From the human T2T-CHM13v2.0 reference genome, Homo sapiens, in the NCBI RefSeq assembly GCF_009914755.1, contig NC_060935.1: a DNA stretch of 64,000 nt; one strand, 5' to 3'. Below, one piece after another: positions 25,828 through 38,510 of this stretch. The translations under genes were made by a program, and so were the position numbers. Each line of letters starts with the position of its first letter. The stretch's first letter is position 1. The notes below the pieces were generated by a model that saw nothing but the letters and a program-made list of their open reading frames with translations, did no database searches and had not been told where the DNA came from.

Positions 25828-27390
25828 GTATAAAAGCTTTGTAACAATATACAGGCCAATTTATATTTCCCTCTCATCCTTTGTGATATTGTTGTCATAG
25901 AATTTTACTTCTACACCTGTTACAAAGCCAAAATACTATGCTGTTATTGTTGCTTCAAATATTCAATTAAATTTTTTAAACTTTTGAGTAAGGAAAAAAT
26001 TTTTATATTTACCCTTGTATCTTTCAATTATTTTCAGTGTCCTTCACTCCTTTGGGTAGAGTCAGATTCTCATATGGTATTATTTTTCTTCTCTCTGAGA
26101 CCTTCCTCTAAGTTTTTTTTTTGTAGTGCAGTTCTACTGGCAGTGAATTTTCTCAGTTTCTGTTTGTCTGAAAGCCCTTTATTTTATCTTCATTTATGAA
26201 AGGTATTTGACTTGCTATAGAATTCTAGGACACAGGGGTTGTTTTTCGTTTGTTATCCTTCATGCAGTACTTTAAAGATGTCACACCTTTATCTTCTGGC
26301 TGTCTTTTTTTCTGCTGGATTTTTGAACAAATTTATTTATTTACTTATTTTTTTTATATTCTTGCTCTGTCGCCCAAGCCGGGGTGCAGTGGCATCTTTT
26401 TTTTTAATGAGAACTCTATTGCCATTCTTATCTTTGTGCTCTGTACATGATGTCTTTTTTTCCTCTGCCTGCTTTTGATATTTTTTTATCATTGATTTTC
26501 AGATATTTGATTATAATATACCTTGATGTCATTTTCTTCATTTTTATTCTACTTGGGTTCATTGAACTTTTTAGATCTGTGGGTTTATACTTTTTATTGG
26601 ATTTGGGAACATTTGACTAATAAATTTTTGAAATAATTTTTTTCTATTTCTCCCGTCTCCCATCGTCCCCTTATAACTCCAATTACATTGCTCCACAGGT
26701 CATTGAAGTTCATTTTTTAACTCAGTATTTTTCCCTATGTGCTTTATTTTGTATAATTTATATTGCTCAATCTTCAAGTTCATTAATCCTTTTTTTCTTG
26801 CAGTGTCTGATTTTCCACTAATCCCATCCACTGTATTTTTTGTTTCAGATAGTTGCATTTCTAGAAGTTCCATTTCTAGAAGTTCCATTTGAGTCTTTTT
26901 AGTACTCATTTCTCTCTCATTAAGTTCATGCATTCCTCTACCTTCTCTAACCTATGGATCATATTTATAATAACTTTTTTAACATTCTTGTTTGCTAATT
27001 TTATTATATCTGTTTTTGATTGGTTGGTTTATCTCCTGAATATGGGTCATATTCCCTCATTATTTCTGTGTTAGAAATTTTAATTAAATGTTGGGCATTC
27101 TCAATTTTATATCACTGGGTGCTGGACTTTTTTGTGTTTTTTGAAGTAGTATTGGACTTTATTCTGGTGCATAAGTTAAGTTGGATCCTTGCAAACCTTA
27201 TGATTAAGCTTTGTAATTAAAGTGGGCCCACTGCAGCCTTTAGACTAGAATTAATTTAACCCAGTACTAAGCCAATACCCTTCTGAACATTCTATCTAAT
27301 GTCCCATGTATTATACGATCTCTCAACTTTGGCTGGTAGGAACACAAATTCTAAGTTCCATATAAGCTCCAGAAACTGTTCTGCCCACTC

Positions 27391-27577
27391 TTTTATTATT
27401 ATTATTATGTCAATAGCTTTAGGGTTATGAGTAGTTTTTGGTTAAATGGACATTAGTGACTCAGAAGGCAGGAAGGTGGAAGGGGGGTGAGGGATGAAAA
27501 ACTACCTGTTTGGGTACAATATATGCTATTTGGGTGACAGGTATACTAAAAGCCCAGACTTCACCACTATACAATTC
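27391..27577 (-). mobile_element. Short 5'-inverted (twin-primed) L1PB/L1MA insertion
   Basis: Antisense 3' end 27391-27450 joined to sense upstream piece 27451-27577; TSD ttctgccca(ct/tc)cttt. Confidence 0.75.
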
Positions 27578-30050
27578 TGCCCATCCTTTGGTGATTCTTC
27601 AGCTTTGGGTCATTTACTCTCACAGAGTATAAATCCAAGTAGCCTGTCAAAGACTCAAGGGACACCTATGAAGATCTCAGACCTCTGTCTGTTTCTGTGA
27701 ACTTTCTCCTCTTTGGTACTCTGCCCTGCAAGTTCAAGCACCTTGGCCTCCCCGAACTGCAACTTTCTTCTCAATTCAGTGAGACTACCAGGTGTATTTT
27801 GCTTCTCTCCCCCTGCTCTGTGACCTGGAAACTGCCTCCAGGCAATAAGCCATTGTAGGGCTCTCTTCATTTGTTCCCCTTCTCTTAAGGATCACAGCCC
27901 TGCACTGCCTATTATTTAATGTCTGTAAAACATTTTTTTCACATATTTTGTCCAGTTTTCTAGTTGTTGAAAGTGGCAAGGTAAATCTAGTCGCTGTTAC
28001 TCTATCATGCTGAAAGCAGAAATGCTTCTTGATGAGCAAAAATTTTTTTTATTTTAATGAAGTCTAATATGTTATTTTTTCTTTAATGATTATTGATTTC
28101 TGGGTTCCATTCAAGACATCTTTGCCAACCTTTGAGTCTTAAAAATATTATTTTATGCTTACTTTTAAAAAAGGTATATTTTAAGCTGCTATATTTAGAT
28201 CTATGATCCAATTCTAATTAATTTTTTGATATATGGCATAAGGTTCAGGGGTCAAGTTTCATTTTCTTCAGAATAAAGATGTCCAATTGTTTAAGCACCA
28301 TTTGTTGAAAGATTTTCTTTCCTCTATAGAATTGCTTTAGCACCTCTGTCCAAAATCAATTAACTATGTTAGTGCAAGCGTATTTCTAGAATTTCTATTG
28401 TGTTTCACTGATCCACTTGTCTATATATGCCAATACAACACTGTCTTGATTGCTGTAGTTTTCTAAGTCTTAAAGTAATCTAGCATAAATCCTTCAGCTT
28501 TGTTTTGCTTCTTTTTCAGGATAACTTGGGTCTTTTGTACTTCTATATATTTTCAAAATAAGCCTGTAAAATGCTATCAGTAAAGCCTTCTAGGATTATT
28601 ATTGGAATTACATTAACTCTTTAGATTAATTTGGCAAAAATTACCTCTTCTCACTCATAAATACGGCTTATCCCTCCATTTATTTAGGTCTTCTCTAATT
28701 TCACTTAGCAATGTCTTGTAATTTACAGTACACAGTTCTTGCATACTTTTTGTTAAAGAATTTTTAACTATTTTGTTATTTATAATAGTATTGTAATTGG
28801 AATTTTTCCTTTTCCAATTATTTTTCCAATTGCTAATATGCAGAAATGCAATGCATTTGTATGTATTGACCTTGTATCCTCCAACCTTACTAAATTCACT
28901 TATTTGTCTTAATAAGGTTTTTAGCCACGTAAACTATCATGTCATTTGTGAATACATACTGTTTTACTTCATTTTCAGTATTTATGTCTTTATTTGTCTT
29001 GCCTTATTGCAGTGGCCATGATCTCCAGTACATTGTTTAATGGAAGTGGTGAAAGTAGACATCCTGGTCTTTTTCCTCATCTATGGGGAAAGTATTCAGT
29101 TTTTCACCAGCAAGTATGATTTTAGCTGTAGGTTTTTCATAGATGCCCTTTGTCAGATTAAGAAAGTCACTTTTCTAGTTTTCTGAGAGTTTTTATCATG
29201 AATGATTGGAGTTTTGTCAAATGATTTTTGGGCATTTATTGAGATATAATATGAATTTTCTCCTTTATTCTGTAAAAGAGATTAATTATAATAACTGATT
29301 TACAAATATAAAATGGATAAACCTCATTTAGTCAGATATATAACCCTTTCATATATTGTTGGATTCAGTTTGAAATTAAATAATACAGCTTCAGATAACT
29401 CAAGAATTTTAAAAAAGGGGAAATTTTAAAATATTTTGAACTAAATAATGAAAATACAACATACCAAAATTTTATTTAATTTCTAAATATCTTATTAATT
29501 TTAAATTTAATTCCATCTTTGTTAGAAAACACTTTATAATATTTCAATCTTTTGAAATTTATTGAGACTTGTTATTTTACCCAGCATATGATCCATCTTG
29601 GTGAATATTCCATGGACACTTGTAGGTAAAATGTGTATTCAGCAGTTATTATGTGTAGTATTCTATAAATGTCAATTTAGTCAAGGAAGTCAATAGTGTC
29701 ATTCAAATATTCTGTATTCTAACTGAATTTTTGTCTAATTATGCTATCAGTGTCTGAGTTGCAGATAAAATCTGCAACTATAATTGTAAATTTTTCTATT
29801 GATTTTGTTCTATCAGTTTTTGCTTCATTTTGAAGCCCTGTTATTAGATTTAGTGCAGATTATAATAATTATAACTAATTATTATTAGATTTTAGTACAT
29901 ATTTCTAAGTATTATGCTTCCTTAATATATTTATCCTTTTATCATTATGAAATATCCCTTTAATTTCCGGTAATACACTTTGTCTTGAAGTTCAGTCTGT
30001 CTGATATTAATTTAGTAACTCTAGCTTTTTGATGAGTTCTATTTGAATCG

Positions 30051-30120
30051 TGTATCATCAGTCAGTGTTCTACCAGAGAAACAGAACCTACTGGATATCT
30101 ATATTTCTATAGATATACAG

Positions 30121-30168
<48 letters not shown>

Positions 30169-30527
30169 TCAGAGAGACAGAATTTCAAGGAATTGGCTGA
30201 TGTGACTGAAGGGGCTAGCAAATCTGAAATCTGTAGAGTAGGGTGGGCTGGCAGGCTGGAAACTCTCTAGCAGGAGCTGAGGCTATAGTCAGTCCACAGG
30301 CAGAATTTCTTTCCCTGGGAAACCTCAATTTTGCTCTTAAGGCCTTTCAACTTACTGGATGAAGTCTACTCAGATTATTAAGGATAATATCCTTCACTTT
30401 AAGTCAACTGATTATAGATGCTAATCACATCTACAATATACCTTCGCACCAACACCTAGATGAGTGTTTAATTGAATAACTGGGTGCTATAGCCAAGCCA
30501 AGCTGACACATAAAACTGACCATCACA
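30051..30527 (-). mobile_element. MLT2D-like ERVL solo LTR containing a (TG)n microsatellite
   Basis: tgtatcatcagtcagtgttctaccagagaaacagaacc ... aactgaccatcaca; near-TSD aatcg/aatgg; (TG)n at ~30123-30166. Confidence 0.8.
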
Positions 30528-30821
30528 AATGGTATATCTTTATTCATCCTTTTACTTTCAACCTGTTTGTGTTTTTTGTATTTAATGTTCATCTCGTACA
30601 GTCAGCATATACCTAGGTCCTGCTTCTTTGTCCATTTTGATAGTCTACTCCTTTTAATTAAAGTGTTTAATTCATCATTTTATCAATAATTTGTCAAATC
30701 ACATTTGATGTAATATAAATAAATTTGAGTTTAGTTCTGTCATTTCCTATTTGTTTTCTATTTATTTCACATGTTCTCTCATTCATTTGTTCTTCCTTTC
30801 CTGACTTATTTGAAATTATTC

Positions 30822-31130
30822 AGCTGGGCACGGTGGCTCACACCTGTAATCCCAGCACTTTGGGAGGCCAAGGTGGGTGGATCACAAGGTCAGGATTTCA
30901 AGACCAGCCTGGCCAAAATGGTGAAACCCCGTCTCTACTAAAAATACAAAAAGATTAGCTGTGCGTGGTGGTGTGCGCTTGTAATCCCAGCTACTCGGGA
31001 GGCTGTGGCAGAGAATTGCTTGAACCCACGAGGCAGAGGTTGCAGTGAGCCGAGATCATGCCACTGCACTCCAGCCTGGGCAACAGAGTGAGACTCCTTC
31101 TCTAAGAAAAAAAAAAAAAGAAAGAAAAAA
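30822..31130 (+). mobile_element. AluS (Sg/Sc-like)
   Basis: Full dimer; near-TSD aaattattc/aaattaatc. Confidence 0.92.
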
Positions 31131-32503
31131 TAAATTAATCAAATATTTCTAACTATTTTATTTGATTCCTCTATTACCTTTCTTATCTATTTTTCTTTGC
31201 ATTTTAGGGGTTGTCCCAGGTATCATAACATGCATCTTAACTTACCACAATGTACTTACAGTTAATATTGTACTTTACATAAAATGTAGGAATCGCAGGA
31301 ATAATTCCACTTAAATTTACCTCCATACTTTGCTCTGCTTTTGTCATATATATTAATTTACATAGGTTATAAACCCCTCACGACAGTGTTATAATTTTTT
31401 CTTTAAACAGCCATATGTCTTTTAAAGATTTAAGATAAGAAAATATGATATGTGTGTCGTCTTTTATATTTACCCACATATTTATCATGTCTGATGGACT
31501 TTATTTTTCTGGCAAATCTGAGCTACCATCTGGTGCCATTTCCCTTCAGCCTGAAAAACTTCCTTTAACATTTTTTGTAGTGTAGTTGTGCTTCTAATGA
31601 ATTCTCTTCATTTTTATCTTAAAATGTATTTACTTTGTCTTCATGTTTAAAAACATTTTGCTGAATATAGAATTCTGGCTTGGCAGGGTTTTGTTTTGCT
31701 TTTTTCTTTCAGCATTTTAAAGATGCTGCTCCATTGTGTTGAGAAGCTGGTCATGATCGGTAACATCGTTCTCCTCTGGATACTTTCAATGTATTATCTT
31801 TATCTTTGGATGTCAGCAGCTTGAACATCAGGTGCCTAGGTATGGTATTCTATGTACTTACCTTGCCTGGGGTTCACTGAGCTTCTTGAATTGCTAATTA
31901 ATGTCCTTCCACCTAATTTATGAAGTTTAGGTCATTATTTATTTAAACATTTGTCTTACTCATTCTCTTTCTCCTCCTTTCCTTTTTTAACTCCAGTGGC
32001 ATTCATCTTAGACTGCTTGATGTCCCACAGACCTCTGAAGTGCTCTTCATTTTTCTTTAAAATTTTTTGTTTGTCCTTAGGATAGGATAATTTTTAATGG
32101 TCTAGCTACAAGTTCACTAACTCTTTTTCCTGCTACCTCCAATCTGATGTTAAACCCATCTAGTAAATTTTTTATTTTATTGCTTGATCATTTTTGGTTC
32201 TAGAATTTCCATTTGTTTCTTTTATTATAGGATGTATTTTTCTGCTGATATTCACCATCTGTTCATTCATAATCCATATATTTTTCTTTATATTCTCAAA
32301 TATTTATAAGAGCTGCTCTAAAATCTTTGCTAATTGCAATAGCTGGATCACCTCAGGGTTGAGGTCAATCGAATGTTTTTTAGTTGAGTATGGGCCGTGT
32401 TTTGTTTCTTTGCCTGCCTGTGAATTCTGATTAGATACTGGACATTGTGAATGATATGTACTAGAGACTCTGGATTCTGTCATATACCTTTGAAGAGTAA
32501 TTT

Positions 32504-33071
32504 TTTTCTTTTTTTAACTTTTATTTTAGGTGTGGGGGTACATGTGAAGGTTTGTTACATAGGTAAACACGTGTCATCAGTGTTTGCTGTACATATTATT
32601 TCATAACCCAGGTATTAAGCCCAGTACCCAATAGTTATCTTTTCTGATCCTCTTCCTCCTCCTACCTTCCCTCTCAAGAAGACCCCAGTGTCTGTTCTTT
32701 CCTTCTTTGTGTTAATAAATTCTCATCATTTAGTTCCCACTTAGAAGTGAGAACATGCAGTATTTGGTTTCCTGTTCCTGCATTAGTTTGCTAAGGATAA
32801 TAGCCTTCAGCTCCATCCATGTTCCCATAAAAGACATGATCTTGTTCTTTTTTATGGCTGCATAGTATTCCATGGTGTATATGTACCACATTTTCTTTGT
32901 CCAATCTGTCATTGATGGGCATTTAGGTTGATTCCATGTCTGTGCTATTGTGAATAGTGCTGCAATTAACATTCGTGTGCATGTGTCTTTATGGTAGAAT
33001 GATTTATATTCCCCCAGGTATATACTCAGTAATGGAATTGCTGGGTCAAATGATAGTTCTGCTTTTAGCTA
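32504..33071 (-). mobile_element. 5'-truncated older L1PA 3' end
   Basis: Poly-T, 3'UTR and ORF2 tail (IAALFTIAQTWNQPKCPS); TSD gaagagtaattt at 32492-32503 and 33072-33083. Confidence 0.9.
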
Positions 33072-35699
33072 GAAGAGTAATTTCAACTGCAGCAGTTAGT
33101 TAACTTGGCTAGACTCAAACTCCAAACTCTGCCTCTCCTGTGGTGAGTAACATTTGAAACCTTTGCTCAGTTCCTTCAGCTTCTAGCTGCTGCTTTTTTG
33201 CCAGGCTGCCTGGGGTCTCCCTCATGCTTGACAGTTTAGCTTAATAGCTTAGCAATCAACCAAGGATTTGAGCAGATTTTACATTAGATTTTAGGGTTCA
33301 CGCCCTCTGCGGTTCCCTCGCTTTCAGCATTCCCAATTTTCTGATTGCTCTGCCTGATACCTCAAACTAGTAAGTCTGCAGCTTCTGCCACTGAACCCAC
33401 CCATGTGGTATGCCCTCAGAAAAAGGCTGCAAACTCCTAAGTCTCATTCTTTGCAGTTCATTTTTTCATGGGCGGACATCCCTTCAGTTTCTGCCTGCAT
33501 TTAATCATTCTCCAATGTCTTCGATTAATGGGTTTTTAAAAATATTTTGTCTAGATTTTATCATTGTTATCTGCTGCTGGTGGCTGCTTGGGGAGGAGAG
33601 AGGGAAGGAGGAAGGGTTAGTAAAACAAAGCTATTCTTCCATTACTGGAAGCTAGAACTTTATTGTCCCTTTTACACAGTAGGAAACTGAGGCCCAGAGA
33701 ATCAATGTGACTGGCCCAAAGTCTTTTGGCTAATAATCAACTTTAATATCCAAGTCTTGCTATCGTTGATTGATGGGGGCAGGTGATCCTCTGATTTTTT
33801 TCTATCTTGAAATGCCTCCATCTACCTCTCTCTTCTCACCCCTCAGACAGATTTACCCTGGATCTTGTGTGAAGTGTGAACACCTTACTAACTGTCCATT
33901 CACAAACTGCACTTGCCTTTTTCTTCAGTTGTAAGTACAACTGATGGGGCATGATGGTGGCTATTGGCCATACAGATGCTGGGTAAGACCCGTGGTAGGG
34001 ATAGTGATGCTACCAGTAGCACCCTGGCCATAGCAGGGAGTTGATTATCAATTGTACTGGGAAGGCAGAGAGGGGTACTGTAAAAGGATCTTGGGCCATG
34101 AGTGTTGAGTTTGGTCCTGAATCTGCTGCATAATCATTATGAGACCTAATACAATTCTAATTATCACTCTAAACGTCAGTTTCTTATGTGTGTAGTTGAA
34201 TGATAATTCACAGTAGTATGGTGTTGTTCTGAAGATCAAACAGAGGAGCATATATGGTTTGTAAACTAAAGTTAAAAATATGAGTCCTCCTAGTTGTTAT
34301 CAGTGCCTGGTGAGGATGGCGGATGGTGAACCTGGCCACACAGGCACAGCGGTTATTGCCAGCAACCGGGGCAGAGGGAAGCCTCCGGGGTAATTCTCCG
34401 AGAGTTAAACTGGGTAGTGAAACCCACACAGGAAGGGTATAGAGGTGGCCCAAGAGACTATCCGTAAATTTGAAGCTGAAAAGATTTGGAAACGTCCAAG
34501 TTTAGTCACAGCGACGAGGGTGTATACAGACAGGCAGGACTGGTCTGTGGTCATAACTGGAAATAAGAAGCCCAAGCGTTTGAGCCCTGTTTGGTCATCA
34601 AAAAGTAATGGCTGGCAGGAAGCCAGAAAAAGAGACGGACTATTTCCATGCGATCCCGCAGTTCCTGGGGGAGCCCCACCGCATATCTGGTGAACAGGGA
34701 CACTTCAGGCACCAGCGAGGCATGTTCTGTTGGAGGACAGGGAACTTCAGGGGGCCTCCCTGAGAACTTCCGGTGACACTTTACGAGGATGGATGAACCA
34801 TCATTTGTTCTGAATCCAAGCCCACTGAGGAGCCAGGAGACCTAGTCAGCATCCCAGAGAAGCACCATATTTGGCAGACCCGCATATTGGACACTCTCTC
34901 CATTCATCACAGTCACAGCTAACATGCGCGGCACAGGCACCGTTCTAGCACGTGTGTGTGTGTCTGCCAAATATTTGTGAGTGTGTCTCACAACAGCTCT
35001 GTGAGAACCTTACATACTACATTGACGTTATACTTTCTTTTCAGTCTCCTGGAAGTTTGTTTATCATTAATCAGTTCCTCGAAGACAGACTGCCTCTGAC
35101 TCTACAGACAGAAGCAAGCTTCGGGGTCTGAAAGCAATGAACGGACTACAGATTGTGGCGACCCCAGCCACCACATACACACTCTCGGGGGCTGCTCCCT
35201 TTTGAGGGCCTGACGTGGGGTCCAGGCAGGCACCCAACTGGACGTCTCTACATTGGCTGTGGACATAGTGGTGCTAGTGATGGTCACAGCTTACCCATGA
35301 TGTGGCACATCTGGTGGGAGCCTCAGGCCGGGAACACCCTGGGGTGGGGAAGGGATCTCTGCGAAGGGAGGGGGTCTGCAGTCCAACAAGTGATGGCCTG
35401 GGGCGGCTTCAGGGAGTAGGGAGGGGCTGGACCGACGCCCGAATCCCACATATATGTGTAACGCATTGGAGTCTGCACTTGCGTGACCCTGTCACCGTCA
35501 CCTCCTGGACTTCTCAGGAATCTCCTGGTTGCTCTCTGTAGGGCAACTCCAGCTCACTCCAAGTCACCCTCCACCCAGCAGCCAGAGGGATCTTTCCGAA
35601 CATAAATTCCCTCTCGCCACCACCTCCCTCCTTCACACCCTGCCCAAGTCCCTTCAGTAGAGAGACCCAGGCCTGGAGACTGTACAAAGCCCTGCAAAG

Positions 35700-37120
35700 T
35701 CTGGTCCCGCCGCCGCACCCTCGGAGCCCAGCGCGGAGAGGGCGCTTAGTGCGTGAGCTACCGTCGTTCCCCGCGACTCAGCCGAGCGGCATCCGCACAC
35801 CCTGCTAGCCTAGGAAGCGCATCGAGGGAGCCCGCTCAAGCTGAAGCGCTGCACGAGCTGTGTCTTCCTTCTCTCCGCCGCGAATGCGGGCAGGATGCGA
35901 GCAAAAGACCCGGCAAAGAGGGCGCCGAGGGGGCGCAGCCGGGGCGCTGGGCGGACCCAGAGGGGACATGGAGAGGAACGCGGAAGGTACGCGGTAGAGA
36001 CGGGGAGGTGGCGCGAGGCGGGACATGGTGAGCGACCCGAGGGGCGCGCGGACTGGGCTCGCGGACGGGGCTCGCGGACGTAGAGCAGTCGAGGCGCGGA
36101 GGGGGAGCGCGCCCCCGTGTGGCCAGGCGGGGAGGCGCCACGGCCGGGGCCGTGGGGGCGGTGGGAAGCGCTCCGCGTCCGGGCTCTCAGCGTTCCCTGG
36201 CCTGCCCCGGCTCGCTAGGCTTTGATGGCTGCTTCCGCTCCCCATAAAGGCCTGTTTCATGGCCGACGCCGGCATGGGCTTTACGTCTGCCCTCGGGCTC
36301 CCTGCGGGCTGCAGAGGGCAGCGGTGAAATCCCCTGTCCGGCCAGGCTGTTCTTGCTCTAAAGGGAGGCCCAGGGAGTGTGTGCGGGCGGCGTGCTCCGT
36401 GCTGGGCTCTGTGCCGAGCCCTATTCATTGCATATCCCAGTTTCTGTCTCTGGGTGCGTTTCCCTGGCCCTGGCCACTTCCCCTCTTTGAGCGTGGGCAC
36501 TGTGTTTATTAGTTCATTTCCCATCCCCACACCAAGCACTGCCTGGCACAGAGCAGGCGCTCGGCAAAGGCTGGCGGGATGCGCAGACCAGCTCATTTAA
36601 TGCTTGCAGGTGCCCTCTGCGGTGGGCATTACTATTTCCACCATCCTCATGATGGATCTGGAATCCACGGGGGTCCCCTGCCCAGGATCGTGCAGCCTGT
36701 GGAAGGCAGCAGGCGCCGGGATGCCGAATGGATTGAATGAGCTTCTCGGGGATTCCCTGAGCTTGGTGAACGCAGAGCCCACCCTGACGGTCAGGCCTAA
36801 CCCCACCGCCAATAACAGAGCAGCCCTAGGTGGAAGTGGGCTGCCTGTGCCTGGCACTGGGAGCGGCAGAGGCGGCTGCCGCTGTGGAAGTAGCGCCCGC
36901 AGTGCCAAGCTCCTGTGCCTGGGAGGACGCGGGCACTGGGCGACCTGCAGTCGGGGCTGCCCCCAGGCAGGGCTCCCTGGCTTTCTCACAGCGCGGCTCG
37001 CGGGAAACGACGCTGCCCTATGGCACAGTGAAGTAAGGCGATGGCTGCTCTCAGCCAGAGGCGGGGCTGGGGGAGGGGGCCAGAGATGCCCCGGGAGCCC
37101 CTGGACCCTCTGGAGGGTCG
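35700..37120. promoter_or_regulatory. CpG island ~31 kb upstream of TRIM29; probable promoter of a non-coding/uncharacterised transcript
   Basis: Dense CpG and high GC, especially 35700-36400; GC boxes (ggggcgg). Confidence 0.85.
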
Positions 37121-37620
37121 GGTGGGGGAGGGGAGATCTCTGTCTTGACCACGCACTTGTAACCCATTCTTGGCACACCGGGATACCTTGCCTGCAGGTA
37201 GTGCTCTGCTCTCGGGGAGAGGGCACAACCTCTAATCCTCTGACCGAGGCTCTCTGCCTCTCACAAGAAGCCCCCAACACACTGGTTTTCCTCACAGCCT
37301 GCCCCAACTGCTCATCGGAACCTGCAGCCCCCTTCCCTGCCCCAACTGTCCCTCTGCGGACCCCATTACCCTACTTTCTGTCGAGCCCAACTGCCCTATC
37401 CTTTATACAGGCTGTCGGGGGCAATGGTGGTGAGCATGGGCTATGGAGTCAGATTGCCTGGGTTCAAATCCTGGCTCTGCCATCTTCTGACTGTGTGACC
37501 TTGGGCCAGTTTCTTTATTTCTGTGCCTCAGTTTTCTCGTCTGTAAAATTGACGGGATGGTGGCATCTGTCTCACAGAGTGGCTGTGAGGGTAGCGGGCA
37601 CACTGCCACAGGCACGATGA
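36649..37620 (+). other. 323-codon ATG-initiated ORF of doubtful coding status
   Basis: First in-frame ATG at 36649 of the track ORF 36604-37620; no recognisable domain; C-terminal part is MIR-derived. Confidence 0.3.
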
Positions 37621-37625
37621 ACGTC
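37430..37625 (+). mobile_element. MIR SINE
   Basis: ggagtcagattgcctgggttcaaatcctggctctgcc...tgtgaccttggg...tgtgcctcagttttctcgtctgtaaaat. Confidence 0.85.
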
Positions 37626-38185
37626 AGCTCTTGTTGCCAACCTCCCCCCACAACACACACAGCTTAGTAACTCTACCCTCACCCAACACATAACACCTAG
37701 CTTGTCCCTCATAATGAGCTCTCAGCCTAAATCAGTGCCCTCAGCAAACCTGTGGTGCAGGGCACGTGTTAGGGTAGACAAGATCCTGGGGAAGACTCAC
37801 TGACTCCACCGAGGCAGCACTGGCTGCAGCTGGGATTGGCCCAGACATTTAAGAGCCGAGGACTAAGCAATGCCTGCATTGCCTGCTATGTGCATATGTC
37901 CAGCAGGACGGCAGTGTCAGGCCACTGGCCAGTGGGGACCAGCCTCTGAGCTGGTCATCCGAACACCCTAGGAAAGAGTCCACCCCGTCCTTCATGTTCT
38001 ATCACTGCTTGGCCTAGCTAAGCCAAGCACCTGGGCCCAAGCCCCACCGTGGAGATGGCGGCTGGAGCAGTGTCCGAGGTCACAGATGGAGGAATGTGAC
38101 CTCCAGCCCAATCTCGACTCTGCTCTTTGCCAGTTCAGTCTTGCCCAAGTCACTTGGGTTCTCCAAGCCTATGATCTCCTCTTTA

Positions 38186-38510
<325 letters not shown>

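Larger units (their letters stand above)
28028..33655 (-). mobile_element. Old L1M element A, remainder (ORF2, ORF1, 5' region)
   Basis: Collinear antisense L1 motifs; interrupted by MLT2, Alu and L1PA. Confidence 0.6.

Noticed and set aside
26856-26890. (catttctagaagttc)x2 as a heat-shock or STAT element
   Set aside because: Spacing does not fit nTTCnnGAAnnTTCn or TTCnnnGAA; simple slippage duplication in L1
35805-36596. 263-aa antisense ORF in the CpG island
   Set aside because: Stop-codon scarcity in GC-rich DNA; no homology recognised
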